From positions 1,302,001-1,366,000 of the forward strand of contig OX337230.1 of NCBI GenBank assembly GCA_946965045.2: 64,000 bases of DNA. Reading direction: 5' to 3'. Of the stretch, positions 1 through 11,097 are shown one piece after another. Under the pieces are notes generated by a model, which worked only from the letters and a program-made list of their open reading frames with translations, ran no database searches and was not told the origin of the DNA. The DNA is from Epithemia pelagica. Lineage: Eukaryota; Protista; Bacillariophyta. Every line of letters begins with the position of its first letter. The stretch's first letter is position 1. A program made the position numbers and the translations under genes.

Positions 1-382
1 TCAGTCTCAGGGCAAGTCATCTTCATCATACGGATATCTTCAACAAGAACGGATGATCTGGACCGAAGTAATCCATTTTCAATACCATTGACAAGGGAAA
101 TGGCACCTAAGCGGATACCCAACCATACCCATTGTGTCAAGACGCAACGTCATCGTGGATTCATTTCAATTCCAAATTCCAATGTGGATGCAGAAAAAAA
201 TCCTTCCCAACTTTTTCAGTCGCAGATAATCGAAACACGTCTCGCTCTCGCATCGATCGCAGTCGCGCACGGGTTTGCCTTGAATGACTGTCATTCTTGG
301 CGCGAATGAAACCAATGTGCCGATCCTGGAATAAGGAATGACAAAAAGAGAAGACAAGAACTAAGAAGAAGAAAACATTGCC

Positions 383-1486
383 ATGAAGAAATCGTCACCC
401 TTGACTGTATTTGTGGTTCGTCATGGCGAGCGCCTCGACTTGGCCATGAAGAAGCGTGGCGAACGAGTGCCGTCCGAGCTCAAGTTGGACCCTCCCCTCA
501 CGTCGCATGGACATGAGCAAGCACACGAGGCCTTTTCGAAATTGGCTCAGGGTCTGGAACAAGATGGAACCAAGCGAAAGATTGCAGTTTTTTCGTCTCC
601 AACAAAACGTGCCATCGGAACCTCTCTCATGCTGACGACATCGGGTATGAACAGGATACCGTTCATTGACTGGGGTTTCCAGCGATCAGTGAGTGCCACC
701 CACAAGGAGGACGATTCCAGCAACAACAAGAAAACACTCCACGATTCAACAATACCAATAACGGTTTTGAATGGACTCGGATCTTGCGCAGCTCGAATTG
801 CCCATCATGGAGGCGCCGAAGCTTGTGTGAAAGAAGGATGGTTGCCTTGCGCCGATTTTTCCGACAATGATGGATCGGACAACTGTCCAGCTGCAGAGGA
901 GCTACGAAAGATGCAAGCAATCAGTCCGGATGGTCTTGGCTCAGACAATAAGGATGTTGCTCAATACTGGAAACTTGACCAACAAAATCAGACGTTGATT
1001 CCACTCGCCCCTCCCGTTTCTCCCCTTGTCGATACACTTGAGCATCCGGTTCGGTCGATAGGATACCACGAGGTTCCTGACCATTGCCTTCCACAAACGA
1101 AGAATGAATATTTTTGGCAAGCTCTTGATCGCGCCGTTCTCTTGGCAGAAGCAGATGGTTGCGATACGTTGATTGTCGTGGCCCACCGAGAAGCCGTCAG
1201 AGAGATGTTGGCACGATGGAAGACCAACGGGTATCGAGATCCTGATCGACTCAATTACTGCTGTATTGCAAGCTTTGTTGCACAAACATATGACAATCAC
1301 TCTTGTCGATGGTGCTACCATGGCGTGGTGGACTACCAAAACTTTACTATTGACAATGTCCCTTCCAAAGAGAGATGGAAACAGAAACAGGCAAGAAAGA
1401 AGGGTATGGATAACGGGGAAAGTGGACAAGTCCAGTTAGCACGGATCACATGTTCGAAGGACGTAGAGAGAGATATAGAAGTATAG
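383..1486 (+). CDS. Histidine phosphatase / phosphoglycerate mutase family protein
   Basis: 367-aa ATG ORF. N-terminal VVRHGER (RHG motif), SSPTKRAIGT segment, and second catalytic His region VVAHRE. Confidence 0.8.
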   Translation: MKKSSPLTVFVVRHGERLDLAMKKRGERVPSELKLDPPLTSHGHEQAHEAFSKLAQGLEQDGTKRKIAVFSSPTKRAIGTSLMLTTSGMNRIPFIDWGFQRSVSATHKEDDSSNNKKTLHDSTIPITVLNGLGSCAARIAHHGGAEACVKEGWLPCADFSDNDGSDNCPAAEELRKMQAISPDGLGSDNKDVAQYWKLDQQNQTLIPLAPPVSPLVDTLEHPVRSIGYHEVPDHCLPQTKNEYFWQALDRAVLLAEADGCDTLIVVAHREAVREMLARWKTNGYRDPDRLNYCCIASFVAQTYDNHSCRWCYHGVVDYQNFTIDNVPSKERWKQKQARKKGMDNGESGQVQLARITCSKDVERDIEV

Positions 1487-1652
1487 AAGGCTTAAAGACT
1501 CAACGTATCGTCTGGTCTCGACTGTGCCCGATTGAATAGCGTCAATGATATGACAAATGAACACGGGAGAATGTACAAACAACATCATATAGAAACATTT
1601 TGGGCAGCTGCGTTATGATGAAAGATAGTAATGAGGCTACCTAGATACCTTC

Positions 1653-3343
1653 CTATGCTTTCTTCTTCTTTTTCTTCTTTTCTTCCTTCTTTGCTTTCTT
1701 TGGAGGCGACTCTTCTTCTGGTGGGGAAGCATCTTCTGACTTGCGTTTTGCTTTCTTTTCCTTCTTCTCTTTCTTGCCTTTTTTCTTCTTTTCCTTCTTC
1801 CCATCGTCATCAACATCCTCCATTTCAACGTCGTCGTCGTCCTTTTGTTTGGATGCAGCAGGCTTCTTGTCTTCATCCTCGTCGTCATCTTTCCCGGCTT
1901 TCAATTGTCGACTGATCTCTTCCATCACATCAATGTTTCTTCGAGGTGAAGCCCCGGTTTCATAAAACTTTAATCGTTCTTCGACTTGGTCACGCAACTT
2001 TTCTCCATAAATGCGCGTTGGTTCATCCGCAAACGAGTCAATCCGTGTGGCAATGGAACATTTGTTGGCCAGATAACGTGATATCCGCCCCTTGTTCTTG
2101 GCATCGGCGCGACCAATAAATGTCGAATGGTAAATCAAACCATATTTCGGTGTATTGCCCTTGGTTTTGAGAGCACGAAACAAGGCTTTTTCGGCACCCA
2201 ATATTTGAACCGTACTCGCGGGGGATTTTGCCAAGTTGGTGAGTGAACCGGCCTGTCATGACGCAAAAACGCTCGCAGTGGTGAGGAAAGGAAGGTTCAA
2301 CAACAATCGTTTCATCACACGGTGCTTACTTTGCTAATGAGGCGGGCCGCTACAGTGTCTCCAATCAGAGCAGAAAGATTGGGAGCTACAATGGACATTT
2401 TGTCCGTCAAGTAGAGGGAAAGTTGTTTCCGATACTCGGCCAGTTTCACCATGCGACTGGTAAAATTGCAAATATTGAGCATATCAATATCGGAACAGTC
2501 CATCCCCATGCTGGTTTTGGCCGCTGCCACAATTTGCTCCACCACAGCGTCTTCACCACCTACAACTTCCTTCAATTGCGTCAACAAATCGCTGCTCTCG
2601 CCATCTTCACTACTGGGGGAGACAAGGTTTTTCTTGTTTTGAATAAGAGCCGCCGCTCTGGCAAACATGATATTGTCCTTGACAATGTCCTTGAGTTCCG
2701 GAAAGTGCCACGAATACCACTCTCGCACACGCATGGCAAAGGTATTCACGTCCTTATCCAATTGATCCAACAAGGCGATACTTTGAATAATCATATTGTC
2801 GGACCGAGCTGGGTTAAACTTGACTTTACTTCGTGAATAGGAATGCCCCAAACCGAGTTCAGCCTTGGTGCTGGTTCCCTTTTGCAGTCCCTTGACATAA
2901 TGTTCCAGATGCAAACGACAACCTCGAATTATTTCCCGAACCGTATCGTCGGATCGACAGGAAGCCCCCAAACCTTCCGCAATAGCAGTTGCCAATGCTG
3001 GATCAATCACTCCCAAAGAAAATGAGGTAGCACCGCCAGTTTCACTCTTTCTCTTCTTTTTGCTACTGGATTTGTCCTTTGGTAAATTGAGTTCCAAAAA
3101 ATTGTGCAAGGTTCCCGACAAGGCATGTTCGGAAATGGCATTTGCATTCTCCAAGGCTTCCGCGGCGCTTTGAAATGGTTGAAAGGCCTTTAATTTCACG
3201 GCGCGATTAAAACGTTGTAAATCCGTCACTGTATCCATGGCATCTTGCAATAAACCACCAATTTCCTCCATGGCAATCACGTCAAACAGTGCGTATCCTG
3301 CCGCACTTTCCAACAACACGTACAAATGAGTGCTGTCCGCCAT
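1653..3343 (-). CDS. NOP56: Nucleolar protein 56, box C/D snoRNP core protein (2 exons; intron 2253-2329)
   Basis: [12 protein letters not shown]-terminus, [59 protein letters not shown], and a KKE-rich tail. A GTAAGC...ACAG intron joins ARLISK to AGSLTNLAK. Confidence 0.95.
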
Positions 3344-3623
3344 CTTAGGATATCCTGTTCCCCTTTCTAAGTTCACCGTTCAAGTCTGACTCTTCTTGAG
3401 ACAATCGCTTCTGCTTATATCCTCCCTGGATCTATTCTTGTCGACCAGAACCTACCCAACCTCTCAGACCCTGGGTAAAAAATTGATGGATACGATGAAG
3501 TGAATAGTGCGGAAATTCCAGATTCCCTCAGACAATGGAATCCGTGACTGAATATGTGTGCGAGTCCCGATATCCTCATCGATGTGATGCCATGATGTCC
3601 ATGACTTTTTTTTTGGCATCACC

Positions 3624-5235
3624 ATGACAAAACGATACAACCACCTTTCATCACCATTCTTGTCCATGGTATGTTTATTCTTCTTGGGTATCCAAGCTCT
3701 ATCGGGAGGCGATTGGCGCCTTGCGACAGGAAGCGTCGCATCGGCAGAAGAAGCAACGGATGATACCAGTCCTCAAACCTGTTATGAATGGACCGGTTCT
3801 GCGTGTTCATGGGAACCCAATCTTCAGCCCATGAAAGTGTCCTTTGAGGAAAAAGGTAGCGCGGATTCTACATTCTATGCCTATGTGCACCCCGATGTTT
3901 CCACATTTTACAATGAAACCAAGGGGAGTCGCACGGCCGTCCGACCCATGTTCACGGGCATGTTTGGCAAGTTTATCAATCTATCTCCGGATCCAGTTCG
4001 CGTATGGTGGAAGGGAAACAATCTGGGTTTTATTGCCGAAGTCGAACCATTCGGTTCGGCAGGAACAGCCACGTACGTTGGCCATGTATTTGTCGTCACT
4101 CCACCGAACGACCAGAGCAAGGTCTTGACGGAATGGAGAATGAAGCAGGGCAATTCATTATACTATTATGATCCCTTCAACTTTGATATTCACAAGGCGC
4201 ACAAGAAGTTGTCGGACCAACAGTATGTCTATTACCATTTACAGTGGCACAACAAGTTGTTTGCCGAAGAATACAAAAAGTTCACAGGACGAGACTGGTT
4301 GGCCTTGTACAAACAAAAGAAACCACCTCGGTTTCACATGTGGCGTGCCGATTATTTTGGACAAACACACCAAGTAGAGACGAAGGAAATTTATTTCGTC
4401 GAATCACCAACAGAAGCAGAACTGGCTCGAGGTGTTTCCAACTATGGACCACGTCCAGATGTTCGTTCGAGCATGCGCAAGTACAGGGATTCCCAAGCCA
4501 CCATGACGTTGAATTTGACCGCCTTGTCTTGTGCCCCTCGTGTGTTTGAAATACAAAACTTTTTGAGTGATATTGAAATCGAGCATTTGCTGAATCTAGC
4601 GCGTCAATCGGATATGCACCGAAGCTCCGTTTCGGCGGGGGAGCGATCCGGATCAAACTCCCAAAGTGATACCAGAACTTCTACCAATAGTTGGATCCCT
4701 CGTGAAAGTGATATCATTACGGATGCCTTGTATCGAAGAGCGGCGGATGTGTTGCATATGGATGAGGCCTTGTTGCGCTGGAGGCGGGGTTCGGAAATCC
4801 CTGAATTCACAGAGTCAACCATTAGTGTTGCCGAACGATTGCAGTGTGTCCATTATGAGGTAAATCCTAGATTTCACGCTGAGATTGAACGTGTTGTGGA
4901 ACGGCTGTGTTTTTCTTACCCGCTTGTTTCCCTTCCTTTGATAGGTTGGCCAGCAATACACGGCTCATCACGACTTTACCATGCCTAGTTTGGTGAATCT
5001 GCAACCTAGTAGGTTTGCCACCATCCTTTTCTATTTGAACGACGATATGGTAGGAGGGGAAACTGCATTCCCAAGGTGGGAAAATGCTGAAACCGGCAAT
5101 CAGCTCAAAGTCAAGCCTGAACGAGGCAAGGCCATTTTGTTCTACAATATGTTGCCCGATGGCAACTACGATGATCTCTCCCAACATGCAGCCTTACCAG
5201 TGAAACAAGGCGATAAGTGGCTCACTAATTTGTAA
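3624..5235 (+). CDS. Secreted prolyl 4-hydroxylase-like 2OG-Fe(II) oxygenase (intron 4860-4944)
   Basis: Signal-peptide-like N-terminus. LSCAPRVFEIQNFLSD, RTSTNSW, spliced CVHYE|VGQQYTAHHDF (HxD), RFATILFYLND, GGETAFP, QHAALPV (distal His), KWLTN. Confidence 0.88.
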
Positions 5236-5552
5236 GTTCTCCATGTATTCTTGTGATACAATCCATACCAGAAAGGAAGTCGTCTGACATTAAAGTCCGT
5301 TTTCTCTGCGTTGCAGGTGGGTATGGGACCCAGTTATGGATCATACCAAGAGTCTCTAAAATTAAGATGGTGTCCAGTTTGATTCTTTGTCGATTCCATA
5401 GTAAACATGATGTGATCAACTGTGTGTTTCCGATTGGAATTTTTGTCGTATCCATAGTAAACATGACGGGATCAACTGTGTGTTTCCGATTAGTACATAT
5501 GCCATTTTCATTGGATAAGAAAAACGTGAATGAAATATCTACAAGAAGTCCA

Positions 5553-7481
5553 TTACAAGATATACTTGGCCAGATCCGTCTTCTTGGTAAACTCTGCGAG
5601 TCGTCCTTCCACCAACTCCTTGTTCACAACCAACACCGACCCAGGGTCCTCGTCAGCTGCCTGAAATGACAGCTCTTCCATCACACGTTCCATCACTGTA
5701 TGCAAACGCCTGGCTCCAATGTTCTCAATTTCTTTGTTCCATAATGCAGCGTAGCGGGCCATTTCACGAATTGCCTCATCTTCAAAGACGAGCTCCACGC
5801 CCTCAGTAGCAATCATTTGGATCTGCTGCCGAACAAGGTTTGCTACGGGTTCTGTCAAGATTCTATACAAATCATCCTCGGTTAGGCCCTTGAGTTCCAC
5901 GCGAATAGGGAGACGTCCCTGCAACTCTGGCAGCAAATCACTTGGCTTTACAGCATGAAAGGCCCCCGATGCAACAAACAAGATGTAGTCTGTATTCACA
6001 TTTCCATAATTGGTTTTAATGGTTGTGCCTTCAATCAAAGGCAACAAATCTCGCTGAACTCCCTCAGCAGAGGCGTCGGCACTTCTGTGCAAGCCTTCTC
6101 GGGGTGTGCATATTTTGTCACTGTCAAGAGAAATGGCAAGTTATGCATGAATGATGGAACTGATTGAAAGACACCAACGCAACTAAACACTGAGATCACA
6201 CTTACATTTCGTCAATGAAAACGATACCACTTTGTTCTACTGCTTGAACAGCTTCCTTTTTAATGTCAACCGTCTCGAGGAGTTTGTCAAGTTCCATATC
6301 CTCAATAACCTTTCTTGCTTCGGAGACAGGCATCTTTCTTCTTTCCGTTTGCTTTTTCGGTGTTCCGCTCGCCGAAGACAACCGCTGGTACAAATCAGAC
6401 ATGGCAATTATTTGAGGATTAGACTCATCGCCCCTTCCCCCTAACGGGAAATCGCTACCACCAGAAGACCGATCTCCGACTGGAACGCTCAATTCCACAA
6501 GTTGATCGTCCAAAACTCCCTCTCGTAACATGGTACGAAATGATTCTCGTCCTCGACTAGCGGTGGACTTCTTTTCTCCGCCTTTGGGTTCATCGCCCTC
6601 TTCTTCGTTGCTACTGCTTTCTTCCGGTGCAGGTGCAACTGGACCACCCAGCAAGTCCAGTATCTTATCTTCCACCATCGCGGCCGCCTTGGCTCTCAGC
6701 TTTTCTGTCCAAAGTCGCCGAGTAAGCTGCATCGAGACATCCATCAAATCGCGAATAATCTGGTCGACATCACGCCCGTGATATCCAACTTCGGTGAACT
6801 TCGTAGCCTCTACTTTCACTGTGCCACAACAAAACGAAAACGACAATGACGCCAGAATAAGAATGAAAAATATAAGAACCTTTTCATTCGACGACAACAA
6901 CCCTGTCGAACACTAGGCAATGTATGCTTGAATCATTATGGATTTTCAGAATACTCACAAAAGGGCGCATCGTTGAGCATGGCCATCCGCCGTGCAACTT
7001 CCGTTTTACCACAACCTGTTGGTCCCACCATTAAAACGTTGCGGGGAGTTACCTCTTTCCGTAAGTCTTCCGGCAGTTGCATCCTCCTCCAACGATTTCG
7101 CATGGCAATTGCTACCGCACGCTTGGCATCCTGTTGTCCTACAATGTGACGATCAAGTTCGCCTACCACCTGATTCGGACGCAACTGCTTATCCAGAAAC
7201 GAATCCGAGACTTCCTCCGTACTACTGGGGCTGTCAGTTGTCCTCACCGCGTTCTCCTCCGAGCTGTCGTCTTCAGGGTCCGTAGTGGACCCGAATCCTC
7301 TCCATGTCATTAGATGGTTGTAGGAAGATGGACTGAACGCCACATATCTGCTGCGACATAATGGCAGGGATATCCGACTTGAGGCGCTATTATTCGCTCT
7401 CACCAATGTCGAAAGTAGTGCCTTCTTCATCGTCTTGCTAATTGATGGATGGTGAGGCACCATCAGTGTTCGAGCAATCAT
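5553..7481 (-). CDS. hslU: HslU/ClpY AAA+ ATPase subunit of HslVU protease, probably mitochondrial (introns 6819-6958, 6121-6205)
   Basis: [19 protein letters not shown], Walker [27 protein letters not shown], Walker B VFIDE|[26 protein letters not shown]. Both introns are GT-AG and preserve frame. Confidence 0.95.
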
Positions 7482-7989
7482 TGTCAACAGATCTATGTTG
7501 GATTGACGGACAGAAATATCTTTCTGACCGAGAAGATTTTTTATCGCTAGAGAGTGGAAACAAAATGTTCAGTTTGTGTTATAGAGAAAGTGAAACCCTA
7601 TCGGTAGTATCTTGAACAATGTTCGTTCTAGAATTCGAAATTCGTCTAGCTTTCCAGATGCGAATCATCCGAGACCATGACCTGGGATCTGTAATCGACC
7701 TTATTTCGCCTAGAGTACTAGTATCGAGTACAGCCCTAATGTGAGAGTACGAGTATCGAGTACCTACTTCTGTACTCATACATGTTCGAGTACGAGTACC
7801 CAGCCACTCCTGACTGTACGAGTACAAGTATCAATGATTACTCGTCCATCGAATGTATAGAGAGTACGAGTATCGAGTATATACTCGCAAGTATTCCACT
7901 ATACTCGAGTATTACTTGCACGAATCCCGCTATGGTAGTCACGAGTCGTACTACGTGCTAGGCCGGCTAGTTTTTCATTTTAGCCGTGC

Positions 7990-8150
7990 CGATTTGTCCC
8001 CACTTTTCCTGCTCTTTTTCCTTCACATGCAATTCGTCCCCACTTTTCTCGCTCTCTGCTTCATCCTATTTTGTCCTCACTTTTCCTGCTCTTTCCTTCA
8101 CATGCACTTCGTCCCCACTTTTCTTTCTATCCTTTTCATCGCCATTTGTC
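7990..8150 (+). repeat. Degenerate pyrimidine-rich tandem duplication (~75-bp unit)
   Basis: TTTGTCC(C/T)CACTTTTCCTGCTCTTT..CCTTCACATGCA(A/C)TTCGTCCCCACTTTTCT occurs twice. Confidence 0.65.
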
Positions 8151-8299
8151 CCCACCTAGCCTGCTCCTTTTGTCACTCAGGGATCAGGGAATCTACGTAC
8201 AAGCCACTTTTCACAACTAAACATCTACCTAAAATCCAAGTATATCGTCTCCTTCTTACAACATGATCCACCTCCTCTCATTTACAGCTAGGTTTACGT

Positions 8300-10590
8300 C
8301 CTCTTCATTGTTTTGGGTCTTGGGAGAAACCAGAGTGTTACAGGGCATAGCATTGTTCAATACATTGTTGCGACGAGGTTATGTGGACGTGAGTCTTTAT
8401 TGACAATCCATGTCAAATGTCAAGGCAAGTTCTTCCATGGAAGAGGTGGAGAGATCTTGGGTGGGGTATCGCAACTAAGTTTCCACTCAAGTTTGATTCC
8501 GCTGAAGAACCATCAAGGCCACCATTTTGTGGGTCCATCAAAGGAGCCACCGATGTGCTTGGTGCTGTACTACTGGGAACTGGGTGTCGGGACAGGTAAG
8601 AGTGTCCTGCATGGTATCAGTGAATGGTGTTGGTTGGTCAGGTCTACAGTTGTTTTTGTTGGTCACCTTTTGTGGGTCCATCGAAGGAGCCGCCGATGTG
8701 CTTGTTGTACCACTGGGTACACAGGTACTCGTGTTGAGCGTGTCCTGCATGGTATCAGTGAATAATGGAGGAGTGCAGTGTTGGTTGGTCTACAGTTGCT
8801 TCTCTTGGCCACCTTCTGTGGGTGCATCAATGGAGCCGCCAATGTGCTTGGTGTACCACTGCTGATGCACCATCCATATCGTCTACAGCTAGATCGATCT
8901 CCTCTTCATCTTCGCTAATAGTACTCTTCGGGTTCTCCTCATCGGCCGAGTCTAGAGTCCATGGTTGGGCCGGCATCATCTTCAGTTTCTGCCACTTTAT
9001 ATTTGGCATCAAAGGGTGTCTACTGGGCAAGATATCACATGATCGTCGTTTCTGGGTGGGCTGTCAGTACTGGCGAGGCCGCAGCGGGCAATGTGGCCAC
9101 CACAAAGGCGAGCGTATGTGACACGACAGTCACCAAAGGCCACACTAGCTACACCATGGACGATGAGACTGTTGTTGTTGTCTCATTGGAATCCACACCA
9201 ACAAACGGTGTGTACAAGCACAGTGCCAATGCCAGGAACAGGGCGAGTGTCATACTCAAGAAGGATCCCCACACATGACTACGGGCCAATCCACCTCATC
9301 CAGTCTGGGGTTGTTGGTATTGTTGGTATTGTTTGTGTGGATGGCATGGAGGAGGTGGTTGTTGTGGCATTCGTTGTTGGTGGCGGCAAGCCATGGGGCT
9401 TTAAGTGATGATGAGCATGATTGGTGTGATTGGAAGTGTTGTGGCGTGAAGGTGAAAAGCGAGACGAAGCAGGACCACCAGCACCACCATTGGTATGATG
9501 ATTGTGATGAGTGGTGGAACAGTTGGAGGATCCATCGTGTGGTGGCAAAACATGATTAGGAGATTGGTGCGCGGATGGTGGCGGCACTCGTTCCGGATTT
9601 TCAGTTTCAGGATGAGGAGGAGCCGTTCCAACGGTCCAACAACAACAATATTCCCGTCGTCCAGCTGGGACTTGTTCCAGAACCAAACTGGTCCAGGGGA
9701 CCACACATCCAAGAAGGCCATGGCCGCCACTGCGAACCACGGAATGCCCAAGGGACGACGCCACCAGTACAATAACGAGGAGGATGCTGTTGCCGTGGCA
9801 GTAATGCCGGCGCCAAAGCGAGACGTCGTGGCGGGTACCATTCAGTCTCCTCCACCTCAAACAAAGAACCCAGGGGTCCTTGTTGTGTGGCAGTATTGTT
9901 TGTGGAGGAATCGTCGTCGTAGCCCAGACCCCAGAGGGGACGACGACGACGACGACGACGAGGCCCAGGGAGGAGGACTGCTATCCAGATAGTCCTTGCT
10001 GGTACATGCCAGTTGTCCGTCTGCTTGTAGGGATGAACCACTGGAGCAGATCCTCCCACGGCTCCTTGACCAAAGAAACTCATAGAAAAGGTTGTTGTAG
10101 TTGTCGAAAACCAAAACTCATTTTCAAACCACAAGGACATTTGCTCCCATAGTAATGATGGAGGAGAATGAGGCATTGATTGTCTTGCCATTCTTGTGAG
10201 TGGCCCAATACCGGATTGTCCCAAATCTTGAATCCTTTTGTGACTGCTGAGACAAGACCATTGAGCCATGGGTTTGGACGATCCCACACAGTCAGCGAGT
10301 TGACAAATGATGGTAAATGGAGTAGAGCGATGCATCAAATCTTCAGTCCTCATGACCATAGAGTCAAAAATGGAATTGGTTGGCCTGGCCAGCAATTGAC
10401 CTTGGGCCCACTCATGAAACTTGGTGATTCAATGAACAGAAATTGGGCAAGAGTTTGCAAATCACCGCAGGTTGAAATTGAATCCATTCCAGGGATCGTA
10501 AGTGTGTTGTTCTTCATTGAATCGGCTGGAACAGACGACTCTGTCCGACAAACAGAAAGGCTATGGATGATGGACGAGGTAGGATAGAGG
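8300..10590 (-). pseudogene. Decayed gene-like cargo inside the TIR element
   Basis: Protein-like but stop-ridden and frameshifted minus-strand segments (FLFIESPSFMSGPKVNCWPGQPIPF; WDRPNPWLNGLVSAVTKGFKIWDNPVLG; His/Thr/Pro-rich stretch; DEENPKSTISEDEEEIDLAV). Identity not determined. Confidence 0.4.
8527..8870 (+). repeat. ~140-bp imperfect tandem repeat, about 2.4 copies
   Basis: GTGGGT(C/G)CATC(A/G)A(A/T)GGAGCC(A/G)CC(G/A)ATGTGCTTG recurs near 8530, 8672 and 8818. GTGTCCTGCATGGTATCAGTGAAT occurs twice. Confidence 0.8.
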
Positions 10591-10638
10591 ATGGTCGATG
10601 ATCGATGGTTGATGGTTGATGGTTGATGGTCGATGGTC
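10590..10638 (+). repeat. 7-bp microsatellite (GATGGTY)x7
   Basis: gatggtc gatgatc gatggtt gatggtt gatggtt gatggtc gatggtc. Confidence 0.9.
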
Positions 10639-11097
10639 GAGGGTTCATGAGTGATGATACAAAAGAAATAGGTGCAAATGGGGGGACAAACCATGCGCAT
10701 AGAAAATACTCGAGTACGATGAAGTAACACTCGAGTATTACTCGGGTATTGGATGTAGCTCGAGTACGAGTAGAGAGTATGTACTTGCCGAACTACGAAT
10801 CCATGAGTACGAGTACACGAGTAATACTCGACAAGAAAGTAAGAGTATCGAGTAATTACTTGTATGTCAAAATTGGAGGAAGTACGAGTATTTTAGCACC
10901 AATACTCGAGTATTACTCGAGTATTATGCTCGGTACTCGTACTCGATTACAGATCCCAGGTGGTTATTATTTCCACTTCCCCACCCCCTACCTAGATTTG
11001 CGATTGATTTCATGAACAGTAAAATCTATACTCACATCGAAACATCCATTTCCAACTACCTATAGGTTTGTGCAAAACTGTAAAATGATTGCGCCTC

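Larger units (their letters stand above)
7680..10961. mobile_element. Unclassified non-autonomous TIR DNA element with subterminal GAGTA/TACTC repeats
   Basis: Perfect 19-bp inverted repeats ACCTGGGATCTGTAATCGA (7680-7698 and 10943-10961). More than ten (C)GAGTA/TACTC(G) motifs in each ~250-bp subterminal region. No TSD and no transposase seen. Confidence 0.7.

Noticed and set aside
1-165. Possible coding fragment on the minus strand at the window start
   Set aside because: An open, protein-like frame exists but has no ATG or recognisable motif within the window, so it cannot be supported.
7700-7950. GAGTA-rich repeats as a possible CRISPR-like array
   Set aside because: The motifs are short and irregularly spaced with no constant repeat/spacer period. 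Transposon subterminal repeats explain them better.
8527-8870. 140-bp repeats as a repeat-spacer array
   Set aside because: The whole units are homologous to each other, so there are no unique spacers.
7670-10970. Target-site duplication for the 19-bp TIR element
   Set aside because: The flanks (GAGACCATG / GGTTATTAT) share no 2-, 3-, 8- or 9-bp direct repeat, so no superfamily was assigned.
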